DNA of 64,000 bases from contig CAZBOU010000008.1 in assembly GCA_964493625.1 (NCBI GenBank), positions 3,561 to 67,560 on the forward strand. Reading direction: 5' to 3'. Below the pieces are notes generated by a model that was not told the DNA's origin, ran no database searches, and worked only from the letters and a program-made list of their open reading frames with translations. Position numbers and translations under genes: made by a program. Source of the stretch: an uncultured Caldisericota bacterium (GTDB lineage Bacteria > Caldisericota > Caldisericia > UBA6126). This document shows, piece after piece, positions 35,913 through 45,195 of this stretch; positions within the stretch are counted from its first letter, which is position 1, and each line of letters starts with the position of its first letter.

Positions 35913-38900
35913 ATGATGGTTAAGAAATATATTTCATGGTTTCTCGCAATACTACTACTGCTAGGGTTGATGTCTCCCTTGAATCGACATGTATCTGCTT
36001 CTGAGGTAGAACAAGATAGTAAAATTTCTATTATTGGTGGGGGTATACCGACCGGTATGTTTTTTGCTCCTACATATCTCAACATTCAACAGCAGAGGTT
36101 GTATGTAGCAGATTCCAAAAACAATCGCGTTCAAGCTTTTATTCGGGGTAACGTATTTCAATTAGCTTTTGGTGGATATGGTCAAAACGAAAGAGAGTTT
36201 GATCAACCTGCTGGAATTTGTACAACAGAAGACGAGCTGTATATTGTTGACTCTTTAAACGCTCGTGTTCAAATATTTGACTCCAAGGGAAATTACCGGT
36301 CTCAGTTTGGATCTTTCGGTAGTGAACCGGGAAATTTTAACACTCCTACGGATATTGCCACAGATGGAACTAAACTGTTTGTATTGGATACTGGAAATGC
36401 TCGCGTTCAAATATTTGATCGCACTGGAAAATATCTTTCTTCTTTCGGCTCACAAGGAGTTGAAGATGGGTTTTTTAGTAAACCTTTGGGTATAGAGGTT
36501 GCTAAAGGAAAAATATATGTTTCCGATACAGGCAACAATAGAGTTCAGATTTTTTCTGATGCTGGATCCTTTGTTAGCGTATTTGGATTTAGTGGAACCG
36601 AAGAAAAAGGTTTCCACAAACCTAAAGGTATTACTTTTCATGAAGAAAAAGTGTACATTGTAGACTCCGGCAATAAACGCATCCATGTTTATGACGAAAA
36701 TGGTGTTTACCAATCTGTCGTGGCCGTACCAGAAACGAAAAGTCCTTTTGGTGTTTCCATTTTAGATAACAAGATTTTGGTTTCTGACATTGTTACAAAT
36801 GAAATCTTAACCTATACATTTGATGGAAGGCAAAACGGATTTTTTGGAGAAAAACCTGATTATTCAGGTCGATTTGTAAAGCCCATTGCTGTTTCTGCTA
36901 CTGAAAAAGATATTTATGTACTCGATGCCCACTTGAAAACTGTACAAGTATTCGATGAGCATTTTGAGCCTATTCATCACTTTTCTTTCGAAGAAATGCA
37001 TAAAGCGGATTTATTCAATCCTGTTGACATATCTGTGTATGATGGACATGTTTATATTGTTGATGAAATGAAACCAGCAATTAGTATATTCACTACAGCT
37101 GGAACATTTGTTAGTAATATAGGGTCCTATGGAACAGAACCTGGAACATTTATTTCTCCTCAAGGCATTTGTTTGTATGACGACAAGATTTATCTATCCG
37201 ATGCTGGCAATTCCAGAGTACAAGTTTTGACTCTCCAAGGAGATCCCTTGTTAACTTTTGGTTCTTTTGGTTCTAAAAATAACCAATTTTTTAACATGAA
37301 AGGGATCGCTGTTATTGAAAATTCAATATTTGTTACGGATTCTGGAAATTCTCGCATTACTGTCTATGACCTAGAAGGGAATTATATCACTTCCTATGGT
37401 AAAAAAGGCTTTGAAACTGGCAATTACTTTGGTCCAAACGGAATTCATGTCGACATGTCAGGCAAAGTATATATTGCCGACATGCTAAACAATCGTATTC
37501 AAATATTGAATTCTATTACCGATCAATCCAAGGTATTTGGTCAGTTTGGTTCTATTTTTCAAGATCCAGAAAACTATGCTAAAGGAAAAACCGATTATCG
37601 CTATGACTTGATACCGGGTTATTTTGTTTATCCCACAGATGTAACGGTTTTTCAAAACTATATTGCAGTAGTGGATCCCTATAATGTCCGTGTACAAATG
37701 ATCCCGTTTTCTACTGTTTTTGATAAAAACCCTCTTAGTGTTACCCCTGATTTCTTAGATTTTGGTTCGGTTGGTTCTTCTACCTCTGTTACCCGAACAT
37801 TCATTTTACGTAACACAGGTGGAAACTATATCGAAGGGAATATTACTTGTAACCAAGATTTTGTCACGATTGAACCAACCCATTTTAAAGGATCGTCAGA
37901 AGAGATTTCTTTAACCATAAAGGGTGACTCACTAGAAGCTGGAAAAAAATACGAAGCCAAAGTTACAGTTACTCTTTTGGATGGTCAATCCAGAGAAATT
38001 TCTCTTACATTATCTGCTAGCAGTGAACCAGATTTTTATGCAGAAATTACTCCATTTTTTGTAGCTTCTGCGGAAGAAGAATTGCGCGTTCCCATTAAGG
38101 TATATCCTCAAAATGGATTTGAAGGACTTGTTACATTCTCAGCTATTGAGCTTCCAAAAAACACCCTACCTACATTTGACCCTCCCTCTGTTAACTTACC
38201 TGATACGGATACGACCTATTTAATCTTGAAGTCTTCTTCAGATTATATTGAAGCAGGAGAATACCGAATTGAAGTGCGAGCTGACTCAGCAAAGGGCAAT
38301 AAGTCACATCACTTTAATTCAACGTTTGTTTTTAAACAAAAATTAGACCTTGTACCTCATACCGTTTTGGGTGAGCTTTTTACTGCTACTTGGTGTTTGA
38401 ATTGTGTTTACTCCCACATGGCTATGGATCAACTATACGAAGAGATGGGAAAAGAAACCGTTACCTTTATTGAGTATTATGTCGACTCCACAAGTGATCA
38501 TCCTGTGCCTCGTCTTTCATGGATAGAAAGTGAACAACGGATGAAATGGTACATGTCTGACAGAGGATTGCCTACAATTTTCTTTGACGGAACGGATTAC
38601 TTAAAAGGTGTTTCTACTGATAACAATACACCAGAAGCCAAAAGAGCTCGCATGTATGAAGATTATCGAAGAAAAGTCGTTGAGAAATCGAAAGAATCCT
38701 CTGCAGTTACTATTTCAGTACGAAGTATATTCGACTCCAAGCGTCGCATGGGAAAAGTCCATGCTTCGGTAAATGCATTGGACAACCTACCCTATAAGAA
38801 TCCTCATATCTACTTTGCAGTTATTGAAAGCCATATTCCATATAGCGCCGTCAACGGCGATAAGTTCCATCACTTTGTGTTGAGAGATTTTATTACCCCT

Positions 38901-40676
38901 GCAAACGATGACAAATATGATTATCTTGGCACAGCCATGAAACTTCCATCTGGAGATACTTTTGGAACAAAAGGAGATACCTTTGAAATCGACGTCGATT
39001 TTTCTCTCCTTGACTTCTTTAATCTAGCTAATATTTCGTTAGTTGTTTTTGTCCAAGACAATGTTACAAAAAAAGTGTTACAATCAGCTACCTATCCCGT
39101 GAAAGTAATTAACTATCGTTCCTTTTACGTAGTTTCCGATGGATCGTTGGTTCAAAAGAAAACCAAGGGAGAAACGGGCAGTATTCAGTTTGACATCATT
39201 AACGACGGAACTATTCGCGATACATATCAGGTGCGTGTGCTAAACAAATCTCTCGAAAAATGGAATTATACTGTCTCAGTGGATGGTAAAAAACAAAGTG
39301 GGGTAGTTCCCCAAATTACTCTCGATGCTTTTGAACGATCCTCAATTCGACTTGATTTCACCATACCACCTGATGCTCCTGTGCATGCGGATCAGGAATT
39401 TGTTTTCCAAATTGATTCTTCCACATCTCATCATTCCAAAGAACTTAAGGGATATATTGAAGTCATAGAAACTCGTCCTCCGGGTTTCATCCTAGATATT
39501 GAAGAACCAGCTGATCTAAATTTAATGGCTGGGAATGAAGGCACTATCGGTATTCGAGTTACTCCCGATCCGTATGTAGAAGACAATGTAGAACTTACTT
39601 TGCTGAACGCCCCAGAGGAACTTGCTTCTTATCAGTTTACTCCTCCTTCCGGTCCAGCACCCCTAGAATCAGTTCTTACCTTTGCTTTTACGGATACCAC
39701 TTCTGAAAAAGAATTTGATTTGGTGATTCAAGCCAAAGCAGGCACTGTTGTCAAAACTGCTATTGTTACTATTCAGGTTCTTCGCAATCCTGATGCAGTC
39801 CCACCACCTCTTAAAATTGCATATCCCTCCGACAATCTACTTACCAATAAACCGGATCTAACTATTACAGGTATGACTGACCCAACCGCTACACTTACTA
39901 TCAATCAAGCCCCTGTCGAAATCACCAAAAATGGCTCTTTCGAGCATTCCTTAACTTTAGACGAAGGGATCAACACTATTGATGTGGTTGCTGCGAACCG
40001 AAAAGGACTCCAAACAAAAGAAACCCTTACCATTACATTGGATATTACTCCTCCGGTTCTCACCATCGAAACTGAAATTCCCGAGGAAACCACGAAGCGA
40101 AGCATTACAGTTGTAGGTAAAACCGAGCCCAATTGTGTGGTAACCATTGGTGATCAAGATATCCTTTTGGAAGAAGACGGTAGCTTTGAATACACCGCTC
40201 AGCTTACACATGGGTGGAATGGTATTTATGTTACAGCAATTGATCCTGCCTCCAATTCCACTACTATTGAATATTACATTACCGTCATTAACAAAATTGT
40301 ATTACAAATAGGCAATCAAACCGCTTCTGTAAATGATGAAGAAGTAGTTCTTGAAGCGGCACCTTATATCAAGAATGGTAGAACCATGGTACCTATTCGT
40401 TTTATTGCCGAATCCCTAGGAGCAGAAGTAGGCTGGGACAATACCACCAAATCAATTACCATTGAGAAAGATGGCATTCTCATTTCTTTACAGATTGGCA
40501 ATATGGAAGCTTTTATCGAAGAAGAAGACGTAATTGGTCGAAAAAGAATAACCCTAGAAGCTCCACCTGAAATAGTGAGTGGTAGAACTTTTGTACCCTT
40601 ACGTTTTATAAGTGAGGCCTTTGGAGCATCACTTGATTGGAACGATGATACAAGGGAAATTACGATTAAACAATAG
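35913..40676 (+). CDS. 1587-aa secreted NHL-repeat protein with internal thioredoxin-fold CxxC domain, Ig-like modules and CuAO-N-like cassette
   Basis: GAAGGGG RBS. About a dozen NHL blades are visible (e.g. DSLNARVQIFDSKGNYRSQFGSFGSEPGNFNTPTDIA, DTGNARVQIFDRTGKY, DTGNNRVQIFSDAGSF, DAGNSRVQVLTLQGD, DMLNNRIQIL). A WCLNC motif lies at 38391-38405 in GELFTATWCLNCVYSHMAMDQLYEE. Two Ig-like modules follow, and the CuAO-N-like repeats lie at 40296-40673 (APYIKNGRTMVPIRFIAESLGAEVGW / PPEIVSGRTFVPLRFISEAFGASLDW). Confidence 0.85.
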   Translation: MMVKKYISWFLAILLLLGLMSPLNRHVSASEVEQDSKISIIGGGIPTGMFFAPTYLNIQQQRLYVADSKNNRVQAFIRGNVFQLAFGGYGQNEREFDQPAGICTTEDELYIVDSLNARVQIFDSKGNYRSQFGSFGSEPGNFNTPTDIATDGTKLFVLDTGNARVQIFDRTGKYLSSFGSQGVEDGFFSKPLGIEVAKGKIYVSDTGNNRVQIFSDAGSFVSVFGFSGTEEKGFHKPKGITFHEEKVYIVDSGNKRIHVYDENGVYQSVVAVPETKSPFGVSILDNKILVSDIVTNEILTYTFDGRQNGFFGEKPDYSGRFVKPIAVSATEKDIYVLDAHLKTVQVFDEHFEPIHHFSFEEMHKADLFNPVDISVYDGHVYIVDEMKPAISIFTTAGTFVSNIGSYGTEPGTFISPQGICLYDDKIYLSDAGNSRVQVLTLQGDPLLTFGSFGSKNNQFFNMKGIAVIENSIFVTDSGNSRITVYDLEGNYITSYGKKGFETGNYFGPNGIHVDMSGKVYIADMLNNRIQILNSITDQSKVFGQFGSIFQDPENYAKGKTDYRYDLIPGYFVYPTDVTVFQNYIAVVDPYNVRVQMIPFSTVFDKNPLSVTPDFLDFGSVGSSTSVTRTFILRNTGGNYIEGNITCNQDFVTIEPTHFKGSSEEISLTIKGDSLEAGKKYEAKVTVTLLDGQSREISLTLSASSEPDFYAEITPFFVASAEEELRVPIKVYPQNGFEGLVTFSAIELPKNTLPTFDPPSVNLPDTDTTYLILKSSSDYIEAGEYRIEVRADSAKGNKSHHFNSTFVFKQKLDLVPHTVLGELFTATWCLNCVYSHMAMDQLYEEMGKETVTFIEYYVDSTSDHPVPRLSWIESEQRMKWYMSDRGLPTIFFDGTDYLKGVSTDNNTPEAKRARMYEDYRRKVVEKSKESSAVTISVRSIFDSKRRMGKVHASVNALDNLPYKNPHIYFAVIESHIPYSAVNGDKFHHFVLRDFITPANDDKYDYLGTAMKLPSGDTFGTKGDTFEIDVDFSLLDFFNLANISLVVFVQDNVTKKVLQSATYPVKVINYRSFYVVSDGSLVQKKTKGETGSIQFDIINDGTIRDTYQVRVLNKSLEKWNYTVSVDGKKQSGVVPQITLDAFERSSIRLDFTIPPDAPVHADQEFVFQIDSSTSHHSKELKGYIEVIETRPPGFILDIEEPADLNLMAGNEGTIGIRVTPDPYVEDNVELTLLNAPEELASYQFTPPSGPAPLESVLTFAFTDTTSEKEFDLVIQAKAGTVVKTAIVTIQVLRNPDAVPPPLKIAYPSDNLLTNKPDLTITGMTDPTATLTINQAPVEITKNGSFEHSLTLDEGINTIDVVAANRKGLQTKETLTITLDITPPVLTIETEIPEETTKRSITVVGKTEPNCVVTIGDQDILLEEDGSFEYTAQLTHGWNGIYVTAIDPASNSTTIEYYITVINKIVLQIGNQTASVNDEEVVLEAAPYIKNGRTMVPIRFIAESLGAEVGWDNTTKSITIEKDGILISLQIGNMEAFIEEEDVIGRKRITLEAPPEIVSGRTFVPLRFISEAFGASLDWNDDTREITIKQ

Positions 40677-40699
40677 TAGAAATGCTATTTGTGATTACC

Positions 40700-40733
40700 A
40701 AAAAAGGCGCACTAAAAAGTGCGCCTTTTTTTT
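40700..40733. terminator. bidirectional rho-independent terminator at the right edge of the island
   Basis: A-run, GGCGCAC (40706-40712), loop TAAAAA, GTGCGCC (40719-40725), T-run (40726-40733). It sits between convergent genes. Confidence 0.8.
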
Positions 40734-40766
40734 ATTTGATATGATATAGCCGACCAAGGCTATCTT

Positions 40767-41861
40767 TTAGGATAGGGATACAATTTTTTTATGAATTGTT
40801 TTTTTTAACTCTTCAATACCCTCATTTTTCAATGCAGATACTTGTATGCAGTTGTCCGTATTGCAAAATTCAATTTGATCTACATCGATGTCAGGATGAA
40901 TTGCATCCATTTTGTTTAAAACGGTGAGGGAGGGAATTTCATTAGCCCCTAGATCTTCCAATGTTTCGCGAACCGTTTCATGATGTTGCAAGCATTGTTT
41001 ATCGCTGACATCAACAACCTTTATAATCAGATCAGACATAAGGATCTCTTCCAAAGTGCTCTTAAATGCTTCTATTAACTCATGTGGTAGTTTGCGTATA
41101 AACCCTACAGTATCGTTGAAAAGAACCTCTCCGATAGAAGGACTTAGGAATCCTTTACGCGTTCTTGTATCGAGGGTATGAAAAAGAAGATTATCCGTGG
41201 GGATGTTTTCTTTTGTTAAGCAGTTAAACAAAGTAGATTTACCAGCATTTGTATAGCCAACCAAAGAGACGATAAATACGGAAGAAGATAGACGCTTGCT
41301 GCGTTTTGTATAGCGCTGTTTCTCTATCTGTCCCAGGGACCTTTTTAATCGTTTTAACCGCTGGAATAACTGTCGACGATTTAATTCAATTTTCTTTTCC
41401 CCTGGACCTTTTCCGCCTATAAAGCCAGCTTGTTGATCAAGAGAGGAGTGCTGATTAATAAGCTCTGCTTTACGCCTTTGTAGAGTTGCAATTTCAACTT
41501 GAATCTTTCCTTCTTTTGTGTGGGCTCGTTTAGAAAAAATTTCCAGTATAATTCTAGGTCTATCCAAAACAGGAACATTGCAGAATTTTTGTAAATTTCG
41601 AATCTGAGAAAACTTCAGCTCATCATCTACCGATATAACATCGACTGAACCTGCCTGGATATACTGCTGGAGCTCGTTCAATTTCCCTTTTGTTAGATAG
41701 TTTCGTGCATCTGGTTTGTGCATTTGAACAATAAAAATTAACTCTGTGTGAATATCTAAGGTAGCGAGGAGAGATTCTAATTCTTTTATTGTATCAAGTG
41801 AGTTCTTGCGTCCCACTATAACTGTTTTAAATACTTTATTTTGCGATGGATTTTGATGCAT
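40767..41861 (-). CDS. hflX: GTPase HflX
   Basis: The HflX N-domain is followed by G motifs GYTNAGKSTLFN, DTVGFI and NKMD. I chose the start at ATG 41861 (MHQNPSQNKVFKTVIVG), which overlaps the recN 3-prime end by 26 nt. Confidence 0.9.
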   Translation of the reverse strand: MHQNPSQNKVFKTVIVGRKNSLDTIKELESLLATLDIHTELIFIVQMHKPDARNYLTKGKLNELQQYIQAGSVDVISVDDELKFSQIRNLQKFCNVPVLDRPRIILEIFSKRAHTKEGKIQVEIATLQRRKAELINQHSSLDQQAGFIGGKGPGEKKIELNRRQLFQRLKRLKRSLGQIEKQRYTKRSKRLSSSVFIVSLVGYTNAGKSTLFNCLTKENIPTDNLLFHTLDTRTRKGFLSPSIGEVLFNDTVGFIRKLPHELIEAFKSTLEEILMSDLIIKVVDVSDKQCLQHHETVRETLEDLGANEIPSLTVLNKMDAIHPDIDVDQIEFCNTDNCIQVSALKNEGIEELKKTIHKKIVSLS

Positions 41862-43587
41862 GAAGCAGTATTTCCTTTGCGTGCTCAATAGCAGTGGGGG
41901 AACTGATGTTACCACCCATCATGCGAGCAATTTCTTTGATTCTGTTGGGAGGATTTAATTGATTTACCGAGGCTATTGTGGTGGCACTCTCTGTAGATTT
42001 TTGAATGTAGTAATGAGAGTCTCCACATGCAGCTATTTGAGGTAAATGTGTTATACAGAGAGTTTGACTATGAGAGCTAATGGATTTTAATTTTACTCCC
42101 ACCTTGTTTCCAGTTACACCATTAATGCCTGTGTCTATTTCATCAAAAATATAGACGACGTTTTCTTTGTCGTTTTTCTTTAATACTGCCTTAATTGCAA
42201 GCATGATTCGAGACAATTCCCCTCCAGAAGCGATTTTATCTATAGGCATCATGGGCAAATCATGATTGGGCTGAAATTGAAAAGAAATCTGATCCATTCC
42301 AGTTTCATCCGTTTTGACTTTGCATTCTTTAAACGAAACATACGAAAGTTCGTTTTCAGGAGCAATCTGGTTGGAAAATTGTATAGAGAAAGTTGCTGTA
42401 GGCATTGATAATTCATGCAAATTGCTTTCAATTTCTCTTGCCAGATCATGACTTGCTTTTTCGCGAACCTGGTGAAGAGAAAAACATTCTTTCTCAAGAC
42501 GATTTCGTATATCTTTTTCTTGCTCAACTAGCGAGCCTATGTTGTGTGTTTGTGCTTGAATTTCTTCATAGCGCAACTTTTTTTGTTTGTATGTTTGTTG
42601 TATTTCACCATAGCTATTCCCATAGCGGGAACGTATTGTCTGTAGTAGGTCAATTCTATCTAAACATTGTTCGAGACCACTCGGATTGTAGTTGGTTTCA
42701 AGATTGGATAACTCTTGATGAAGTTCATGTGATACGTCTTTAATCACAGAGTCCACTGTAGTTAATGTTTGTAGATTGTCTGAGGCAACTTTGGAGAAAG
42801 ATGAGATGGTAGACAGTGATTTTATACTCTTTTGGAGTAAATTTCTTACAATTTCATGATTGTCATCTCCCTCTGATAAGAAGAGCAAGGTATTTTGTAG
42901 TTCTTGGATAAGTTCTGTACGGTTCTCTAGCTGACTTCGTTCTTCCTGAAGTAGTTCCCATTCCTCGGGTAAGACTTGGGCGGTTTCTATTTCTTGCATT
43001 TGGAATTGGAGGTACTCAGATTCTTGTGCCAATTCCTTTTCTTTTTGTTGAAGAGTTGTTCTGGTTTTTACATTTAGTAAGAGTTGACTTCTCAAAGAGC
43101 GTATATTTTGACGGTGCAGAGTAGCCTCTTTCCCAATGTATTTATCAAGATATTCAAGTTGTTTTTTGGCTATAAGGAGAGAACCAGTTTCTCTTTGTCC
43201 ATGAAAATCAATGAGTTCATTGCCAATCTCTTTGAATAAATGAAGAGTGCAAACCTGTCCATTTATTCGGGAGCGATTTTTTCCTTGACTAGAAAAAGTC
43301 CTTTCTAGTACCAAACAATCTTCTGTGTCAGAGTCATATCCTTCATTTTGAATTGTATGATGTATAGATTGGGGGATGGCTGTAAAGGTTAATCGAACGT
43401 ATGGTCTTGCTTTTTCTTCTCCCATAGATTCTTTTTGGATTGAATGGCCCAAGCCAAAAAGGATGGCATTCATTAATAACGTTTTACCAGCGCCCGTTTC
43501 TCCCGTAAAAACATTGAAACCATCTTGCAATTGAATGGAAATATTTTTTGCGATCACAAAATTCTGAATGATGATTTCTTGTAGCAC
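41836..43587 (-). CDS. recN: DNA repair protein RecN
   Basis: Walker A is FTGETGAGKT, followed by a long coiled-coil and the C-terminal signature ASGGELSRIMLAIK with Walker B IFDEIDTGI. The probable GTG start at 43587 (LQEIIIQNFVI, typical RecN N-terminus) overlaps the nadK stop by 1 nt. The track's TTG at 43599 is the alternative. Confidence 0.92.
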   Translation of the reverse strand: MLQEIIIQNFVIAKNISIQLQDGFNVFTGETGAGKTLLMNAILFGLGHSIQKESMGEEKARPYVRLTFTAIPQSIHHTIQNEGYDSDTEDCLVLERTFSSQGKNRSRINGQVCTLHLFKEIGNELIDFHGQRETGSLLIAKKQLEYLDKYIGKEATLHRQNIRSLRSQLLLNVKTRTTLQQKEKELAQESEYLQFQMQEIETAQVLPEEWELLQEERSQLENRTELIQELQNTLLFLSEGDDNHEIVRNLLQKSIKSLSTISSFSKVASDNLQTLTTVDSVIKDVSHELHQELSNLETNYNPSGLEQCLDRIDLLQTIRSRYGNSYGEIQQTYKQKKLRYEEIQAQTHNIGSLVEQEKDIRNRLEKECFSLHQVREKASHDLAREIESNLHELSMPTATFSIQFSNQIAPENELSYVSFKECKVKTDETGMDQISFQFQPNHDLPMMPIDKIASGGELSRIMLAIKAVLKKNDKENVVYIFDEIDTGINGVTGNKVGVKLKSISSHSQTLCITHLPQIAACGDSHYYIQKSTESATTIASVNQLNPPNRIKEIARMMGGNISSPTAIEHAKEILLHASKSIAK

Positions 43588-44429
43588 TACAATCCCCAAT
43601 TAAACTTTCGATTTAAGGTATCAAAAAAATTTTTCTTCTTTAGATGGATGATACGTAGCTTTTTTTCTGATTTTTTTATCTGTATTCGATCTTTATCTAC
43701 GACGGTATTGTGAAAAAAACCATCCGTAATGAAGAGAGTCGGTCTCTGGTGGCAATTAATTGAAACGGAAATCAGTCGAGAATCGGGTAGTACTAAACAT
43801 CTGCTTCCTAAACGATGAGGACACAAAGGATTGATGATAATATCGCTACATTGAGGATCCAAGATGGGTCCTCCTGAGGATAAAGAATAGGCTGTTGAAC
43901 CTGTAGGCGTCGATACGATCATGCCATCGCCTCGAAAATTAGCAATTTTCTGTTTATCGGAAAAGATGTCCAGTGAAATCATTTTTGACATAGGTTGTCT
44001 TTGAAACAATATGTCGTTGACTGCATATCCAGAACAGCACACTTGACCATTTCGAATCATTTCGAATTCTAAGGTCATTCGATCTTCAATGTGGTACTTT
44101 CCATGAATTAAATCATGCAACGAAAGCAAAACTTCTTCTTCTTCAATCGTGGTAAGAAAACCTGTGTAACCATAATTGATTCCAATCAGAGGCGTACTAG
44201 AGTGTATTACATTGTGAGAGGCTCTTAAGAAAGTACCGTCTCCCCCTATACTAATTAAAAAATCTAGTGCGGGTAAAGTAGTTTGTTCAATGATAGGTTC
44301 AGAAAAAAAATGTTGAATATCGGGATCCAAAAAAACATCAATATTGTTGGTTTTTAAAAACTGAATAATCTCACTTGCGATATGAATCACTTCTTCAATT
44401 TGTTTTCGAAAAAAAATGCCAACCTTCAT
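43587..44429 (-). CDS. nadK: NAD kinase
   Basis: 280 aa with the GGDGT motif (ISIGGDGTFLRA) and the conserved C-terminal region STPTGSTAYSLSSGGPI. Confidence 0.9.
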   Translation of the reverse strand: MKVGIFFRKQIEEVIHIASEIIQFLKTNNIDVFLDPDIQHFFSEPIIEQTTLPALDFLISIGGDGTFLRASHNVIHSSTPLIGINYGYTGFLTTIEEEEVLLSLHDLIHGKYHIEDRMTLEFEMIRNGQVCCSGYAVNDILFQRQPMSKMISLDIFSDKQKIANFRGDGMIVSTPTGSTAYSLSSGGPILDPQCSDIIINPLCPHRLGSRCLVLPDSRLISVSINCHQRPTLFITDGFFHNTVVDKDRIQIKKSEKKLRIIHLKKKNFFDTLNRKFNWGL

Positions 44430-45195
44430 ATACTGTCCTTTTCATTTGGTCGTATGAAATAATATACTCTTCTTTCATTTTCGATAAATAAATAAGAAAT
44501 TCAATATTACCTTGCGATCCTAAAATGGGAGAATAAGAAAAGCCTTTTACAAACAAACCATTTTCTTGATAGCATTGTATAGATTTGGTCAATGCATCCA
44601 TCATGAGGGTGGGATCTTTTACAATTCCATGATGAGTTTTTTTGGGGCCAACTTCAAATTGTGGCTTCCATAGTAATATTCCTTCCAAAGAGCTTGACGA
44701 TATCTGACTAACCCTAGGTATAATCAAGCAAGAGGATATAAAGGAAACATCCATTGTGAATACATGAAAAGTAGGATCAAATAAGGATGCATCCATTGTT
44801 CGAGCATTGCAGTTTTCAAGAGCAGTGACTCGAGGATCTTTTTTCAAGGATGCATGAAGCTGATTTGTCCCGACGTCTAGAGCATACACTCTCGAGGCCC
44901 CTTTTTCGAGTAAAACTTGTGTAAACCCGCCCGTTGAAGCTCCAATGTCGAGCGCTATTTTCTGATGGATTTGGATAGGAAAGAACGCAAACGCCTTCCG
45001 AATTTTTGATGCTCCTCGACTAACACTGAAATCATATTGCTTCGATATATCAATCTGATCTTCTACAGAGCATTCTTTTGATGGTTTCAGGCAAGGAATT
45101 TTGTTTAGGCATACATAGCCCTGTTGAATCATGAAATTTGCCTTTGAACGACTATCGGTGATGTTCTTGTGCACCAATAACTTATCCAGTCTCAT
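44395..45195 (-). CDS. tlyA: TlyA-family rRNA 2-prime-O-methyltransferase
   Basis: An N-terminal S4-like segment (MRLDKLLVHKNITDSRSKA) is followed by the SAM-binding motif ALDIGASTGGFTQVLL. Its position between dxs and nadK/recN matches Clostridia and Bacilli. Confidence 0.85.
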   Translation of the reverse strand: MRLDKLLVHKNITDSRSKANFMIQQGYVCLNKIPCLKPSKECSVEDQIDISKQYDFSVSRGASKIRKAFAFFPIQIHQKIALDIGASTGGFTQVLLEKGASRVYALDVGTNQLHASLKKDPRVTALENCNARTMDASLFDPTFHVFTMDVSFISSCLIIPRVSQISSSSLEGILLWKPQFEVGPKKTHHGIVKDPTLMMDALTKSIQCYQENGLFVKGFSYSPILGSQGNIEFLIYLSKMKEEYIISYDQMKRTVYEGWHFFSKTN

